A DNA stretch of 64,000 nt from assembly GCA_965225855.1 (NCBI GenBank), contig CBDDCK010000004.1:224001-288000 (forward strand), given 5' to 3'. Positions 16,653 through 27,741 of the stretch are shown in pieces. Origin of the DNA: Spirochaetia bacterium (GTDB lineage: Bacteria; Spirochaetota; Spirochaetia; SP-2023). The position numbers and the translations under genes are program-made. Numbering within the stretch: the first letter of the stretch is position 1; the number at the start of each line of letters is the position of its first letter. The notes below the pieces were generated by a model, which had not been told where the DNA came from, ran no database searches, and saw nothing but the letters and a program-made list of their open reading frames with translations.

Positions 16653-17636
16653 ATGAAACAAAAAAAAGAACGTAAAAATTATACAAAGAGTAAACGATTT
16701 GCAGATTGGCTGGCCAAGCTGTTATCATTTTTGATAGCTGTGGGGCTTTATTTTTACTATCAGTCGGCAATACAAGATAAAGTTTCTTTTACATTACCTT
16801 TAAACATCATTGGCATACAGGGTCATATTGCCAGTTTGCAAGATATACAAAAAGTTACATTGCATCTTGAAGGTAAGGGGCAAGATTTGGAAAACTTGCG
16901 TAGTAGTGATTTTGAAACTTATGTGCGTTTTATTTCCAGAGTGGGTTCACAAAAATTGCCGGTAATGTATCGATTGCGCAATAATAATTTACAATTGAGC
17001 AAAAATATTCGCGTGAAAATTGAGCCAGATTTTGTTGCTTTGACGGTGGAAAGAAAGAGTAGTAAAGAACTGCCGATAAAAGTACGTATCCAAGGTTATC
17101 CTGCAACCGGTTTTAGTTTAGGTGTTTATCGTGTTTATCCTGATATGGTCAATGTTATAGGGCCGACTTCAATATTGCAAAAGCTCTCCGCTATTAGTAC
17201 CAAGTCGATAGATATTACTGGTAAAAGTGAATCATTCCAGAAATTAGTGGAATTGCAAATTCCTATATTTCCAGAAATTGAGAAATTTTTGATTCAAAGC
17301 TTGACCTTGGCTTTTGAACGTGTTCAAGTGGAAGTCCAAATTGATGCCCGCATCGAAACAAGGATTTTCCAACTGCAACCCCGTGTTACTAATTTACCCA
17401 AGAATTTGAAATTGCGAAAGATGCTGCCGAAAGCGGTAGAATTGACTTTACAGGGCAATAGCAATATTTTGCAAAGTGTTGAAAAAGAAAACTTGATCAT
17501 TATTGAACTAGATGCAGGCGATATTTTTACTTCTGGGCGTTATGCTCTACCCGTAGTTATCAGCGATTTACCTACAGGAGTTCGCTTGCTAAACAGCAGG
17601 CCGAATCGTATTAGTCTTATTCTTGCCGAAAATTAA
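16653..17636 (+). CDS. cdaR: CdaR/YbbR-domain protein
   Basis: Single TM helix (KLLSFLIAVGLYFY) plus repeated YbbR-like beta domains; follows cdaA. Confidence 0.85.
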   Translation: MKQKKERKNYTKSKRFADWLAKLLSFLIAVGLYFYYQSAIQDKVSFTLPLNIIGIQGHIASLQDIQKVTLHLEGKGQDLENLRSSDFETYVRFISRVGSQKLPVMYRLRNNNLQLSKNIRVKIEPDFVALTVERKSSKELPIKVRIQGYPATGFSLGVYRVYPDMVNVIGPTSILQKLSAISTKSIDITGKSESFQKLVELQIPIFPEIEKFLIQSLTLAFERVQVEVQIDARIETRIFQLQPRVTNLPKNLKLRKMLPKAVELTLQGNSNILQSVEKENLIIIELDAGDIFTSGRYALPVVISDLPTGVRLLNSRPNRISLILAEN

Positions 17637-18682
17637 ATATGTTTAACTCCGCTTACATATTGCAACACAACATAACTGATGTAAATGACAATCAACAATA
17701 GGCCGTACCATTTGGGAATAACCCAATGATTTTTGCGCATTTGAAACAGAAAAATTATGCGTAAAGTCCACAAGACCAATAACATTACCGGGAAATGCAA
17801 CCAGAAAAACGTTGATTCTACTTGAATTGGTTTGGTCGCTGTTGCCGCACCAACCACAAATAGAATATTGAGAATATCGGCACCCATAATATTGCCAACA
17901 CCTAGAGCTTCGGTTTTTTTGCGTACTGCGGCTAATGTTGTGATCAATTCGGGCAGGGAAGTTCCAAATGCAACTAAGGTTGTGGCAATAACGTCTTGAG
18001 AAATACCTAAGCGCAGAGCAAAAAGTTCTACTTGCGGCAAGAGTAAACGGCTGCTGCCAACGACAAAGCCCAGACCAAAAAGTAGGTAAACAATACTTTT
18101 GCTCAAACTGAACTGTTTTATATTTTGTTCTTCGAGAGTTTCCCCGTATATTGCAGATAGGTCTATATTTTCTGTTAAAGGCAAAGACGTTTTTTTAAGT
18201 TTTACCTGATTCAAGTACGTTTGCAGGAGAAACAAGATTAAGAAGGTTAAGGAAATAAAGCCAACCCAGCGTGGCAAAGTATGTTCTGGCAATAGAAAGG
18301 CAACAAGTACCAGCAAGCTGGCAGATAAATCGCGCCACCAGGAAGCATTGGAAATGCTTTTCTTTTCTAAAACTACACGGCCTAGCAAAACCAGTAGCCC
18401 CATGATCAAGGCGGTATCGGCAATAATAGAGCCTATGCCGTTGCCCAGTGCTAGGTTACTATCTCCATAAAAGGCAGCAAAAACTGAAACCATTACTTCT
18501 GGCATGGTGGTACCTAAAGAAATAATGGTAGCTCCAATAACTAAGGGCGAAAGCCCTGTATATTGCGCCAAAGAAGCAGCCCCATCAACCATTTTATCAG
18601 CGGAAAAACCTAGCACTAGAATAGATATTATTATAATGAATAATAACACCCAAGTAGGAAAAGTTTGAAAAAATTCTTGCAT
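17633..18682 (-). CDS. Ca2+/Na+ antiporter (YrbG/CaCA family)
   Basis: Two alpha repeats: GTTMPE…GNGIGS and GTSLPE…GNIMGA. Confidence 0.92.
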   Translation of the reverse strand: MQEFFQTFPTWVLLFIIIISILVLGFSADKMVDGAASLAQYTGLSPLVIGATIISLGTTMPEVMVSVFAAFYGDSNLALGNGIGSIIADTALIMGLLVLLGRVVLEKKSISNASWWRDLSASLLVLVAFLLPEHTLPRWVGFISLTFLILFLLQTYLNQVKLKKTSLPLTENIDLSAIYGETLEEQNIKQFSLSKSIVYLLFGLGFVVGSSRLLLPQVELFALRLGISQDVIATTLVAFGTSLPELITTLAAVRKKTEALGVGNIMGADILNILFVVGAATATKPIQVESTFFWLHFPVMLLVLWTLRIIFLFQMRKNHWVIPKWYGLLLIVIYISYVVLQYVSGVKHI

Positions 18683-18685
18683 AAG

Positions 18686-19186
18686 TTAACAGTTTTTGTC
18701 TTTGCCAGATTCTATTTCGTCTTGGTGTACTTTTTCAGGTAAAAGTTGTTCGAGTTCCATCATCTGTGCAACACGCATAGCATGCCGTCCACCTTCAAAT
18801 TCAGTAGCCAAATAGGCATTGAGAATATTTTCGGGGCTTTCTGAATAGTCTATACGGGCACCAAAAGCTAAAAAATTGGCATTGTTATGTTGCTTGGCCA
18901 TCTCTGCTGCATACATATTTTGAGGCAAGGCGCAGCGAATACCACAAATTTTATTGGCTGAAATGGAAATTCCAATTCCTGTGCCACAAATCAGCAGGCC
19001 AAAGGCATAGCCTCCGGTTAAATATTTTAAGCAAGCTTTTTTGGCAAAATCTGTGTAGTTTACAGAATCACTACTATGGGTGCCCAAATCTTCCACCAAG
19101 AACCCGTGTTGCTCCAAGTGTGTTTTTAAATGAAGCTTGAGCTCTAATGAACTGTGATCACCTGCAATAATTACTTTTTTTTGCAT
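18686..19186 (-). CDS. rpiB: Ribose-5-phosphate isomerase B
   Basis: GDH, LICGTGIGISISANK, HNNAN, FEGGRH. Confidence 0.95.
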   Translation of the reverse strand: MQKKVIIAGDHSSLELKLHLKTHLEQHGFLVEDLGTHSSDSVNYTDFAKKACLKYLTGGYAFGLLICGTGIGISISANKICGIRCALPQNMYAAEMAKQHNNANFLAFGARIDYSESPENILNAYLATEFEGGRHAMRVAQMMELEQLLPEKVHQDEIESGKDKNC

Positions 19187-19198
19187 AACTTAGATTCC

Positions 19199-20149
19199 TT
19201 ATTGAGAATATGATTTTCTTCTTTTCATTTTCGTCTGATTCTTTTTGGTTTTCGCTATGCCAAAATTGTTGTGCCTTTGGCCTGTAGCAGATTTTTCTCT
19301 CGGATACGGATTTGATGGCGTATTGTAGAGTCCACGTTGTTTTTGTCTTGTGGTTGCTTTTGTATATCTATCACGGTTATAATTTTTATTTTTGCCTTGG
19401 TTTGTTTTTTTCGGTGTTTCTACTTTTTTACCTGTTTGCAAAGCCCGAATCTCAAACGGCTTCAATTTCCGAAACTCTCCGGGGGCTAGGCCATAAAGTC
19501 TTACCATATCAACACGTAGGCGGTGAACTCGTTTTAAAGGAATGTGGAAATGTTCAAATACTCGTCGAACTTCGCGGTTTAATCCTTCTGTCAAGACTAG
19601 CTGAACTTTGCGTTGCCCAAGCATTTGGTAGCGGCAAAGTTTATAGCGTACTCCATTTATATGGATACCACGCTGCCAGTGTTCCAACATAAATTCTGGA
19701 ATACTTTTGCGAGTTTTTACCTCATACTCTTTTTCTATCATGGAAGAAGGGTGCTGAACCGTTTGGGCCAAATCGCCATCATTGGTAAATAAAATTAAAC
19801 CACTGCTATTTTTATCCAATCTTCCAACATGAAATAAACGTTCTTTATAAATAGGCTGGATTAAATCAATAGCACAAGGGCGATTTTCTTCTGGGTCAGA
19901 ATTCGCAGAAAGATAGCCCGGTGGCTTATATAAAGCCAGATATAGCAGGCGTTTGTTGGTTCTATCTATACCGATTCCTTCCACTTTTACATGTTGATTT
20001 TGTTCCACACTTTGCCAGGGGAGGGTACAGATTTTTCCATCTAGCTCAACTTTACCTTGGACAATCAAATCGGCAGCTTTACGCCGTGAACAATGGCCCA
20101 ATTGAGAAATATATCGTTGCAGACTGGGGGAGACTATATTTTGTTTCAT
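19199..20149 (-). CDS. rRNA pseudouridine synthase, RsuA/RluB family
   Basis: S4 domain (SRRKA), KPPGY, VGRLDKNSSGL, EGLNREVRR. Confidence 0.92.
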   Translation of the reverse strand: MKQNIVSPSLQRYISQLGHCSRRKAADLIVQGKVELDGKICTLPWQSVEQNQHVKVEGIGIDRTNKRLLYLALYKPPGYLSANSDPEENRPCAIDLIQPIYKERLFHVGRLDKNSSGLILFTNDGDLAQTVQHPSSMIEKEYEVKTRKSIPEFMLEHWQRGIHINGVRYKLCRYQMLGQRKVQLVLTEGLNREVRRVFEHFHIPLKRVHRLRVDMVRLYGLAPGEFRKLKPFEIRALQTGKKVETPKKTNQGKNKNYNRDRYTKATTRQKQRGLYNTPSNPYPREKSATGQRHNNFGIAKTKKNQTKMKRRKSYSQ

Positions 20150-20267
20150 CGGTAATCACAACTTCATTTTCTTGGAAGTGTTTTTTAGCAAGTTGAGCCT
20201 GAAATAGGAAATAAAAAACAAATTAAAGACTGAAATTTTTGAGGTGAAATTGCAAACAGGACATCAT

Positions 20268-20963
20268 TTATTTTGTTTTTGCATTTTTCATATACTTTGC
20301 TCGAATACCTTTTATGATGTCTAAAGCATAGTCTTTACCAAGATTAAATTCTTCGTCATTTGTATAACTAGAAGCTGGTGTCAAAATGGCTGTGCGCAAA
20401 AAGAAATTTTTAACACGGTAGATAAACTCAAAATATACTACATTTCTTATCGTATATTGTAAGAGCTGGCCTTTAATATTTCCTTTAGTTTTAATCATAC
20501 CCAAATTTTGAGGGTTTTGCACATAGCCATACGCTGTACGCATTAAATAATTAATGTAGGCTTTAAGGCTAACATCATGACGATTGTTAATAATATACTG
20601 GGTATAGCTGTAAAAATCTTTAGCTACAGTTCTCCCAAAAAATAGTGATTGGGTTGCACTACCAGTATTGTTTTGAGATTGAGCCATCATTTTTATATGT
20701 GATTGATCTATTTCTATATCTTTTGGATAAATTTTCCAAACTTTATCAAAGGGTATCATGAGTGTTGCAGTATTTTGTTCTTGATCTATAAGCGAAAAAT
20801 TTTTTGTTGCTTTACCTGCTTGACTAGAACTTTGGCAACTATAAAGGCCTATCAGTAAAAGTGCGGTGAGCAGCTTTACTGAAGAAAGAAATCTTTTCTG
20901 ACTTTGACTAAAAATCTTTTGATTTTTGTATTTTACCTCTATACAATATTTTATTGACCGCAC
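20268..20963 (-). CDS. Hypothetical lipoprotein
   Basis: 231-aa ORF with hydrophobic stretch and lipobox LYS-C; GGGAG before GTG. Confidence 0.55.
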   Translation of the reverse strand: MRSIKYCIEVKYKNQKIFSQSQKRFLSSVKLLTALLLIGLYSCQSSSQAGKATKNFSLIDQEQNTATLMIPFDKVWKIYPKDIEIDQSHIKMMAQSQNNTGSATQSLFFGRTVAKDFYSYTQYIINNRHDVSLKAYINYLMRTAYGYVQNPQNLGMIKTKGNIKGQLLQYTIRNVVYFEFIYRVKNFFLRTAILTPASSYTNDEEFNLGKDYALDIIKGIRAKYMKNAKTK

Positions 20964-21272
20964 TGGCTCCCTCCTAAATAATTAGCTAGTAAAAAGGTCT
21001 ATTAGGCTATTAAAAATGCTTGCTACTCTTAAGTATCGAAAATATTGACTTACATTAAATATAAAAATGTTTGTTGAATTTAGTTTTTTGGAAAATTATT
21101 TTTAAATTATTGTACATGATATAATAATAAAATTTTGTTTCAATCTGCTAGCCTAGTTCTTTAAAAATTATATAATGCTGCCCAGTTTAAATTATGTATT
21201 GCTGCCGGATTGATTTGAGATGGAATTTAAATATTACCCACAACTTCCAATGAAAATGCATCTTTATGTGTT

Positions 21273-21641
21273 TTGTTTCTTGCTGTAATTGATTTTACTA
21301 GTTTGATAGGGCCTATATTTTCTAATGAAAAGTATGATATGGAAAAATTAAGCTCCATCGACCAAGAAATGAAAGCACAGCATGAAGCTATTTGGAAAGA
21401 TTTGGATACAATGTGGAAACAATTTTGGACGGGTAAAATCAATGCTCGTTTTGCAAAATTTTATCCTTTTTTTAGTGAACTAGAAAATAGTGTAAAAAAA
21501 TCAAGTACAGGAAAGGAAGCGAGTTCCAATTGGGATATAAATGAATTTTTAAATTTTTATTATAGTTTTTTGCAAGAAAATTCTAGCTGGCAATCCTTGG
21601 CTGTTACAAGCGTGCAGCCCCTTTTATTTTCTCGCCACTAA
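21273..21641 (+). CDS. Hypothetical protein or gene fragment
   Basis: 122-aa ORF filling an AT-rich gap; no recognisable motif, start uncertain. Confidence 0.3.
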   Translation: MFLAVIDFTSLIGPIFSNEKYDMEKLSSIDQEMKAQHEAIWKDLDTMWKQFWTGKINARFAKFYPFFSELENSVKKSSTGKEASSNWDINEFLNFYYSFLQENSSWQSLAVTSVQPLLFSRH

Positions 21642-21734
21642 TTGTTTATGCTTATTTTGTAACTCAATATGCCAAAGATTTTTTCGCATCGAAAAACTAC
21701 TGTATAAAAATAATCGTATGAGTGTTTATAAATA

Positions 21735-22793
21735 ATGACTGGAATAGAAATAAAGGTTTCCACGGTTCTTGAAGAATTGAAAGAAATTGATCAATTAGTT
21801 ATGGAGCCAAATTTAATTAAAGATCAAAAACGTTATGCTGAGGTGATGCGGTTATATCAGCGGGGGGTTGAGATAAAAAGTACTTATCAAGAATACCAAA
21901 ATTTAAAGCAGCAAATTGCCGATGTTCGGATTGCTTTGCGCAATGAATCTGATAGTGAAATGTCGGCGTTGTATGAAGAAGAGCTGCCTTGTTTAGAAGA
22001 AAATTTTGGGAAAATCTGTAAAAACTTAAATTTCTTATTAGTGCCGGCAGACCCATTGAACTCACGCAACATTATTATGGAAATTCGTGCCGGAACTGGA
22101 GGTGATGAGGCTGCGCTTTTTGCTGGGGATTTGTACCGTATGTATTTGCATTATAGTGAGAGATTGAATTGGTCAACAGAATTACTTAGTGTCAATGAAC
22201 AAGAACAGGGTGGTTATAAAGAAATTATTTTTAGTATCAAGGGGAAGGAAGTATATGGTATGTTGCGCTACGAAAGTGGTACACATCGAGTGCAGCGTAT
22301 TCCGGTAACCGAATCGCAAGGCCGTATTCATACTTCTGCAGCTACAGTTGCGGTGCTGCCTGAGGCTGAATCAATGGATGTGGATATTCAAGAAAAGGAT
22401 TTGCGCATTGATACGTATCGTGCGGCTGGTGCTGGTGGCCAACATGTGAATACTACTGATTCGGCTGTGCGTATTACGCATATCTCTTCTGGCTTAGTCG
22501 TGCAGTGTCAAGATGAACGTTCGCAAATTAAAAATCGGGCTAAAGCCATGAAAATGTTGCGCAGCCGTCTGCTGGCTTATTTAACAGAACAAACGCAGGC
22601 AAAACGGGCTGCAGAGCGCAAAAAACAAGTTGGGACAGGCGATCGGTCAGGGCGTATTCGCACATACAATTTCCCTCAAAATCGCATTACCGATCACCGT
22701 ATTTCTTTGACTCTGTACAAATTGGAATTGATTTTGCAAGGGGATATGGACGAATTGCTCCAGTCTTTACGTATTGCCAATGCAGAAATCTAA
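21735..22793 (+). CDS. prfA: Peptide chain release factor 1
   Basis: [14 protein letters not shown] anticodon motif, [17 protein letters not shown]. Confidence 0.98.
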   Translation: MTGIEIKVSTVLEELKEIDQLVMEPNLIKDQKRYAEVMRLYQRGVEIKSTYQEYQNLKQQIADVRIALRNESDSEMSALYEEELPCLEENFGKICKNLNFLLVPADPLNSRNIIMEIRAGTGGDEAALFAGDLYRMYLHYSERLNWSTELLSVNEQEQGGYKEIIFSIKGKEVYGMLRYESGTHRVQRIPVTESQGRIHTSAATVAVLPEAESMDVDIQEKDLRIDTYRAAGAGGQHVNTTDSAVRITHISSGLVVQCQDERSQIKNRAKAMKMLRSRLLAYLTEQTQAKRAAERKKQVGTGDRSGRIRTYNFPQNRITDHRISLTLYKLELILQGDMDELLQSLRIANAEI

Positions 22794-22833
22794 TTAAATT
22801 TTATTTAGCTCAAGAAATAAGTAGGTAAAACTG

Positions 22834-23622
22834 ATGGGAAAACATATTCGTAAAGCTTTTATTACTGGTGCTTCTAGGGGCATTGGCAAAGGCATTGCAC
22901 TAGCATTAGTTCAAGATGGCTATGATGTGGCTTTTACTTATGCTAGTCAGGTAGAACAAGCACAAGCTACCGTAGAGGAATTAAAGGCCCAAGTTAAAGT
23001 TCAAGCCCCTTTAAAAGAAGGCAACCCAAATGGTGTAAAAATCCAAGCCTATCAAATGCAACTCAATGACCCTAAGCAAATTGAAGCAGTGGCCGATCAA
23101 GTGTTGCTTGACTTTGATGAGATTGGCGTAGTAGTCAACAATGCTGCGATGCTGCGCAATAATGCTATTGCCCTTATGAGTAACGAAGAATGGGAAGATG
23201 TGATCGCAGCTGATTTAAGTGGACCATTTTATGTGATTCGCAGTTTTTTGATGCACATGATTAGTAACCGCTTTGGTCGTATTATCAATATTTCTTCATT
23301 GGCTCAAGATGGGGTCAGTGGCCAGGCAAATTATGCTGCAGCCAAAGCCGGTCTGGTTGGGCTAACCCAATCTTTAGCCCGTGAATATGGCCCGAAAGGT
23401 ATTACCTCTAATGTGGTTTCAGCAGGTCTGTTCGATACCGATATGAGCCGTGAGCATGCCCAAGATGAAATGGTTCAATTGCTATTAAATTACTGCCCTT
23501 TAAGGCGTTATGGTCAAATAGAAGAGCTTGCCAATACCGTTAAATTTTTAGCTGGGCCAGAGGCAAGCTATATCAATGGTGAGTCGCTCCGTGTTGCGGG
23601 TGGCCTATCTTATGTTCCTTAA
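22834..23622 (+). CDS. fabG: 3-oxoacyl-ACP reductase (SDR family)
   Basis: TGASRGIG, NNA, GRIINISS, YAAAK. Confidence 0.8.
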   Translation: MGKHIRKAFITGASRGIGKGIALALVQDGYDVAFTYASQVEQAQATVEELKAQVKVQAPLKEGNPNGVKIQAYQMQLNDPKQIEAVADQVLLDFDEIGVVVNNAAMLRNNAIALMSNEEWEDVIAADLSGPFYVIRSFLMHMISNRFGRIINISSLAQDGVSGQANYAAAKAGLVGLTQSLAREYGPKGITSNVVSAGLFDTDMSREHAQDEMVQLLLNYCPLRRYGQIEELANTVKFLAGPEASYINGESLRVAGGLSYVP

Positions 23623-23657
23623 AGATAGAGCCTAGGGTTTGTAAGCAACGGCTTAGT

Positions 23658-24236
23658 ATGGTTGGGTGCATTACCTTTGTCGGTTTAAAGCACAGTGGCA
23701 AAAGCAGCATTAGTAGGCTCTTATCTAATAGTCTGAAACGGCCTTGCTACGATGCTGATTCGCTTTTAGAACGTTTTTATTGTGCTCGGTATGGGCAAAA
23801 GTTAAGCTTTCGTGCAATCTATCGTGCACTGGGTAAAGATGGGTTTGATACATTGCAATTTGATGTTTTAAAAGGTTTTTTTACCCAGCATAGTGTAGAA
23901 CGAAATTCTATATTATCATTGGGTGGTGGTGCAGCTGATGTGGAGCCGATTGGCCCTTTGCTTAGGGCAAGAAATTGTTTCATTGTTCTGTTAGAAGAGG
24001 AGCTATCATTGCTTTTTGATCGCATCGTTGATAGCGGTTTGCCGCCGTTTTTACAGAGTAGCGCAGAATTACAAAGTAATTTTCAAAGTGCTTTCGAGAA
24101 GTTTTGCCAATTGAGTGAAGTGCGTTTGCAACGCTACCGAGCTTGGGCCCATATTACTCTGCAGTGCGGTGGCCGCAAGCCAAAGGTTCTGGCTACCGAA
24201 TTGCAAAACCACTTAGAGCTTTTCAGTAAAGTCTAA
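23658..24236 (+). CDS. aroK: Shikimate kinase
   Basis: P-loop GLKHSGKS, DAD, LSLGGG. Confidence 0.75.
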   Translation: MVGCITFVGLKHSGKSSISRLLSNSLKRPCYDADSLLERFYCARYGQKLSFRAIYRALGKDGFDTLQFDVLKGFFTQHSVERNSILSLGGGAADVEPIGPLLRARNCFIVLLEEELSLLFDRIVDSGLPPFLQSSAELQSNFQSAFEKFCQLSEVRLQRYRAWAHITLQCGGRKPKVLATELQNHLELFSKV

Positions 24237-24348
24237 ATCCATTCATGATAGGAAGCAGATGCGATTTTTTATAGCTTTGTTTTACACAGGTCGGCCTCTA
24301 CTGCTTGTGCCAAGATATCGAGCTTGGTAGCAATTCCTCTTTATTTTT

Positions 24349-26235
24349 ATGTCTAAATTAGTTGTTCTGCAGAGCCGTAAGCAAAATGCAGCTATGCTTT
24401 ATATTGCTGTTCTACTTACAGGTAGTTGCGGCCTTGCTTACGAATACACTATTAGCAAAGTGGCTTCTGACCTTCTGGGCAATAGCAGCCGCCAATGGGC
24501 CATGATTATTGGGGTGATGATGTTCTTTATGGGGCTAGGTGCAAATTACCAAAAGATACTGCGTGAGCATATGTTGTTTGCTTGGTTTGTGCTATTGGAA
24601 TTACTATTATCACTATTCGGTGGCTTATCGCCGTTGCTACTGTTGTGGACTTACGCCTATTGGCAAAGCTACTATGTGTTGTGGCAGTACCTTTTGATAG
24701 CCGCGATTGGCTTTTTAATTGGCTTAGAAATACCCATCATTACACGTATCAACGAAGGCTTTACACCAGAGCTAAAGGTGAATATAGGACGCACGTTACA
24801 AATGGATTATATTGGTGCTTTGGGCGGTGCGCTACTGTGGAGTTATGCTTTACTGCCCTATCTACCCTTGAGTCAGGCTGCGGTTATCATTGGCTTTGCA
24901 AACTTGGTGGTAACCTGGTTGTTCATGGCCTATTTTTACCGTCAGCTGCGATGGCGCAAACTGCTCTGGGTGGCCAATATTGGCATCAGTTCCCTGCTTC
25001 TATGGGCGTTTGTGAAAGGGCCTCAGTGGTCTTTACGCAGTGAACAAGGCTTGTACCAGGATCCTATTGTCTTTAGTAAAACAACGAAATATCAACATTT
25101 AGTGATGACCGAAAGTGCCCATTTGCGCCCAGCTTATTTTCAACAGGCATGGCCATATCAGAGCGAATATCGCTTGTATATCAATGGCCATTTACAATTT
25201 AGCAGCCTAGACGAATTCATTTATCATGAGAATTTAGTACATCCAGCTTTAGCATTGTTTCGTGAACAAACTGGGCGCGGTGCTAAGCGCGTTTTAATCT
25301 TAGGGGGAGGAGATGGCCTGGCACTGCGTGAGGTTCTTAAATATGCTTCGATACAGACGGTAATTCTTTGTGATTTCGATACAGACATGCTGCGCTTGGC
25401 AGCCGAACAGCCGATATTGCGCCGCCTCAATCAAAATTCGTTACGGGGTTCACCTTCCAACGGGAAAGTTACTATTATATCAACAGATAGCAAGTTGGCT
25501 AAAACAGAAGAGCAATCGTATCGTGCAACGGCTTACCTCAATAGTAAGAGCCCTGAAGCGAAAAAGTCGTCGGCAGGGAAGATAAGGGCTAAACGAGTGT
25601 TGCTACGCGATATAGATGCTGTGCGCTATATTGGTCAAGCTACTGGATCGTTCGACGTCATTATAGCAGACTTTCCCGACCCAAATAATGAAGTTTTAAG
25701 CAAATTATATTCATTGCCGTTTTACCACAACGTAAAGCGCAAGCTGGCAGACGGAGGTGTGTTTGTTCAGCAATCTACCTCGCCAGCCTACGCTTATAAA
25801 GCATTTTGGTCTGTTGGTAGGACGATGATGGCAGCGGGCTTAGAAGCTTTGCCATACAGTGATTTCGTGCCTAGCTTTGGGGAGTGGGGTTGGTGGCTGG
25901 CTCAGGTTGCTACCGATGGTAAACGAAGTATATGGCAACTGTATGAGGCTGCAAAGTTACACAATGTGGGTCTGCGTTATTTGAATGATGCGATTATGCA
26001 GGCAAACATCGTATTACCCGCATCTTTTATGGCTATGTATGGTGATAGTTTGGTATTGCTACCTCATTATGCTAGCCAAAAGATTGTTCAATATTTGGTT
26101 GATTCCAAAAGGTTTCCAAAAAGTTTGACTAATAATTTAAATAAAGTAGATACTGGTTTGCTATATTTACATTGGGTTACCACATACACCCAAAGCAAAG
26201 TATATCAGTACTATTTAGAAGCTAGTTGGTATTAG
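24349..26235 (+). CDS. Membrane-domain polyamine aminopropyltransferase (spermidine synthase-like)
   Basis: N-terminal multi-TM domain (GLAYE, GLEIP, DYIGAL); YHENLVHP, LGGGDG, DFPDP, VPSFGEWG. Confidence 0.88.
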   Translation: MSKLVVLQSRKQNAAMLYIAVLLTGSCGLAYEYTISKVASDLLGNSSRQWAMIIGVMMFFMGLGANYQKILREHMLFAWFVLLELLLSLFGGLSPLLLLWTYAYWQSYYVLWQYLLIAAIGFLIGLEIPIITRINEGFTPELKVNIGRTLQMDYIGALGGALLWSYALLPYLPLSQAAVIIGFANLVVTWLFMAYFYRQLRWRKLLWVANIGISSLLLWAFVKGPQWSLRSEQGLYQDPIVFSKTTKYQHLVMTESAHLRPAYFQQAWPYQSEYRLYINGHLQFSSLDEFIYHENLVHPALALFREQTGRGAKRVLILGGGDGLALREVLKYASIQTVILCDFDTDMLRLAAEQPILRRLNQNSLRGSPSNGKVTIISTDSKLAKTEEQSYRATAYLNSKSPEAKKSSAGKIRAKRVLLRDIDAVRYIGQATGSFDVIIADFPDPNNEVLSKLYSLPFYHNVKRKLADGGVFVQQSTSPAYAYKAFWSVGRTMMAAGLEALPYSDFVPSFGEWGWWLAQVATDGKRSIWQLYEAAKLHNVGLRYLNDAIMQANIVLPASFMAMYGDSLVLLPHYASQKIVQYLVDSKRFPKSLTNNLNKVDTGLLYLHWVTTYTQSKVYQYYLEASWY

Positions 26236-26280
26236 ATATAAGCTTTATAGCTATCTAGCGATTGCGGTGCCGTGTAGGCT

Positions 26281-27444
26281 TTATAGACAACGCAATTTCA
26301 ATATTCCCGAGATAGCTGAAAGCTCTGTTAAAGTAGTCTCACTAGGTATGGCATCGACATGAATGATAGTGTAGGCAAAGCTTCCAAGATGGCGATTTGC
26401 CATAGCTTGAATATTCAGTTTCTGCTTGGCTAGGGTGGACGATATTTGCCCTAGCATATTGGGCTCGTTTCTATGACTAAAGGTCAAGCGATATTCTGTG
26501 CCACTATGTTCTAATTCGCAGTTTGGGTAATTGACAGAGTTGCGAATATTGCCATTCAGCAGAAAATCGGTGAGCTGCTCACAAGCCATAATGGCACAAT
26601 TATCTTCTGCTTCTGGGGTAGAAGCCCCTAGATGTGGGAAGCTAATGGCACCTTTGATGCCTTTTAAGGTATCGCTAGGGAAGTCAGAAACATAGTAGCT
26701 GATACTGCCAGCCTCCAGTGCTTCGGCGATAATATCCTCATCGACTAACTCTGCCCGGGCAAAATTGATTAGGCGGCAATCTGGTTTGATAGTCTGAAGA
26801 TATTCTCTTGTGATGAGGCCCTTTGTTTCTGGAGATAATGGCAGATGTAGGCTAACATAGTCGGATTGTTTAAGCAGTTCAGAAATATCTTCAAATAGCT
26901 GAATTTGCTTAGGCAATTTTAGTGCATTGGTAACTGATAAAAACGGGTCGTAGCCAATCACTTGCATACCCAAGGCTTGTGCGGCATTGGCTACCAGTGA
27001 GCCAATGGCACCTAAGCCTACAATGCCCAAGGTCTTGCCAGAAATTTCAGGGCCGACAAACATTTTTTTACCTACTTCCAGTGCTTTCGTATCGCTTAGA
27101 TTGCATTGAGCTAACCATTGAATACTTTCGCTCAATTTGCGTGAAGATAATAACATGGCACAGATTACCAGTTCCTTCACACTATTGGCATTGGCACCGG
27201 GTGTATTGAACACGACAATACCGCGTTCACTGCATTGATGAATGGGTATATTATTGGTACCAACTCCGGCACGGGCAATGCCATAAATACTTTCTTCAAT
27301 TTCGTTACTTTGCAATTTATGGCTGCGTAGTAGTATGCCTTGAGTGCTTTGGACACCTGTTTGGCTAGCTGAATATTGGATGGAACAAGGCAAACGATTC
27401 AGCCCTTTTTGCGAAATATTATTGTAATAGCGAATGTGATACAT
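26281..27444 (-). CDS. serA: D-3-phosphoglycerate dehydrogenase with ACT domain
   Basis: ARAGVGTNNI, NTPGANANSV, GLGAIG, NFARAEL, PHLGASTPEAE, C-terminal ACT domain (HRNEPNMLG). Confidence 0.9.
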   Translation of the reverse strand: MYHIRYYNNISQKGLNRLPCSIQYSASQTGVQSTQGILLRSHKLQSNEIEESIYGIARAGVGTNNIPIHQCSERGIVVFNTPGANANSVKELVICAMLLSSRKLSESIQWLAQCNLSDTKALEVGKKMFVGPEISGKTLGIVGLGAIGSLVANAAQALGMQVIGYDPFLSVTNALKLPKQIQLFEDISELLKQSDYVSLHLPLSPETKGLITREYLQTIKPDCRLINFARAELVDEDIIAEALEAGSISYYVSDFPSDTLKGIKGAISFPHLGASTPEAEDNCAIMACEQLTDFLLNGNIRNSVNYPNCELEHSGTEYRLTFSHRNEPNMLGQISSTLAKQKLNIQAMANRHLGSFAYTIIHVDAIPSETTLTELSAISGILKLRCL

Positions 27445-27741
27445 TGATAACTCCATAAGTTTTAATTAGGAGTAAAGATTGTAGTGAAAAGTTGTTGATA
27501 TGGCAATATGGGATTTCATCCAGACTCAAAATATTTTAGAATTGTTATAACTCAGGCCTGGTATTACTTACGCTTATTACTATACTTGGCCTTATTTTAA
27601 GCTAATGCCCTATTGGGGCGGCAGCTATAGTTTTGAGCTTCACAGCTATTTTGGAGCTAGCAAAACCCTAACCAAAACTATGCAAACTATGCTATCAAAG
27701 CATATTGTAACGGTATGCTAAACTTTATGTTTATTGAAGGT

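Noticed and set aside
27466..27519. Possible Ser leader peptide (MKSHIAISTTFHYNLYS) upstream of serA on the minus strand
   Set aside because: Ser codons are scattered and no terminator lies between it and serA.
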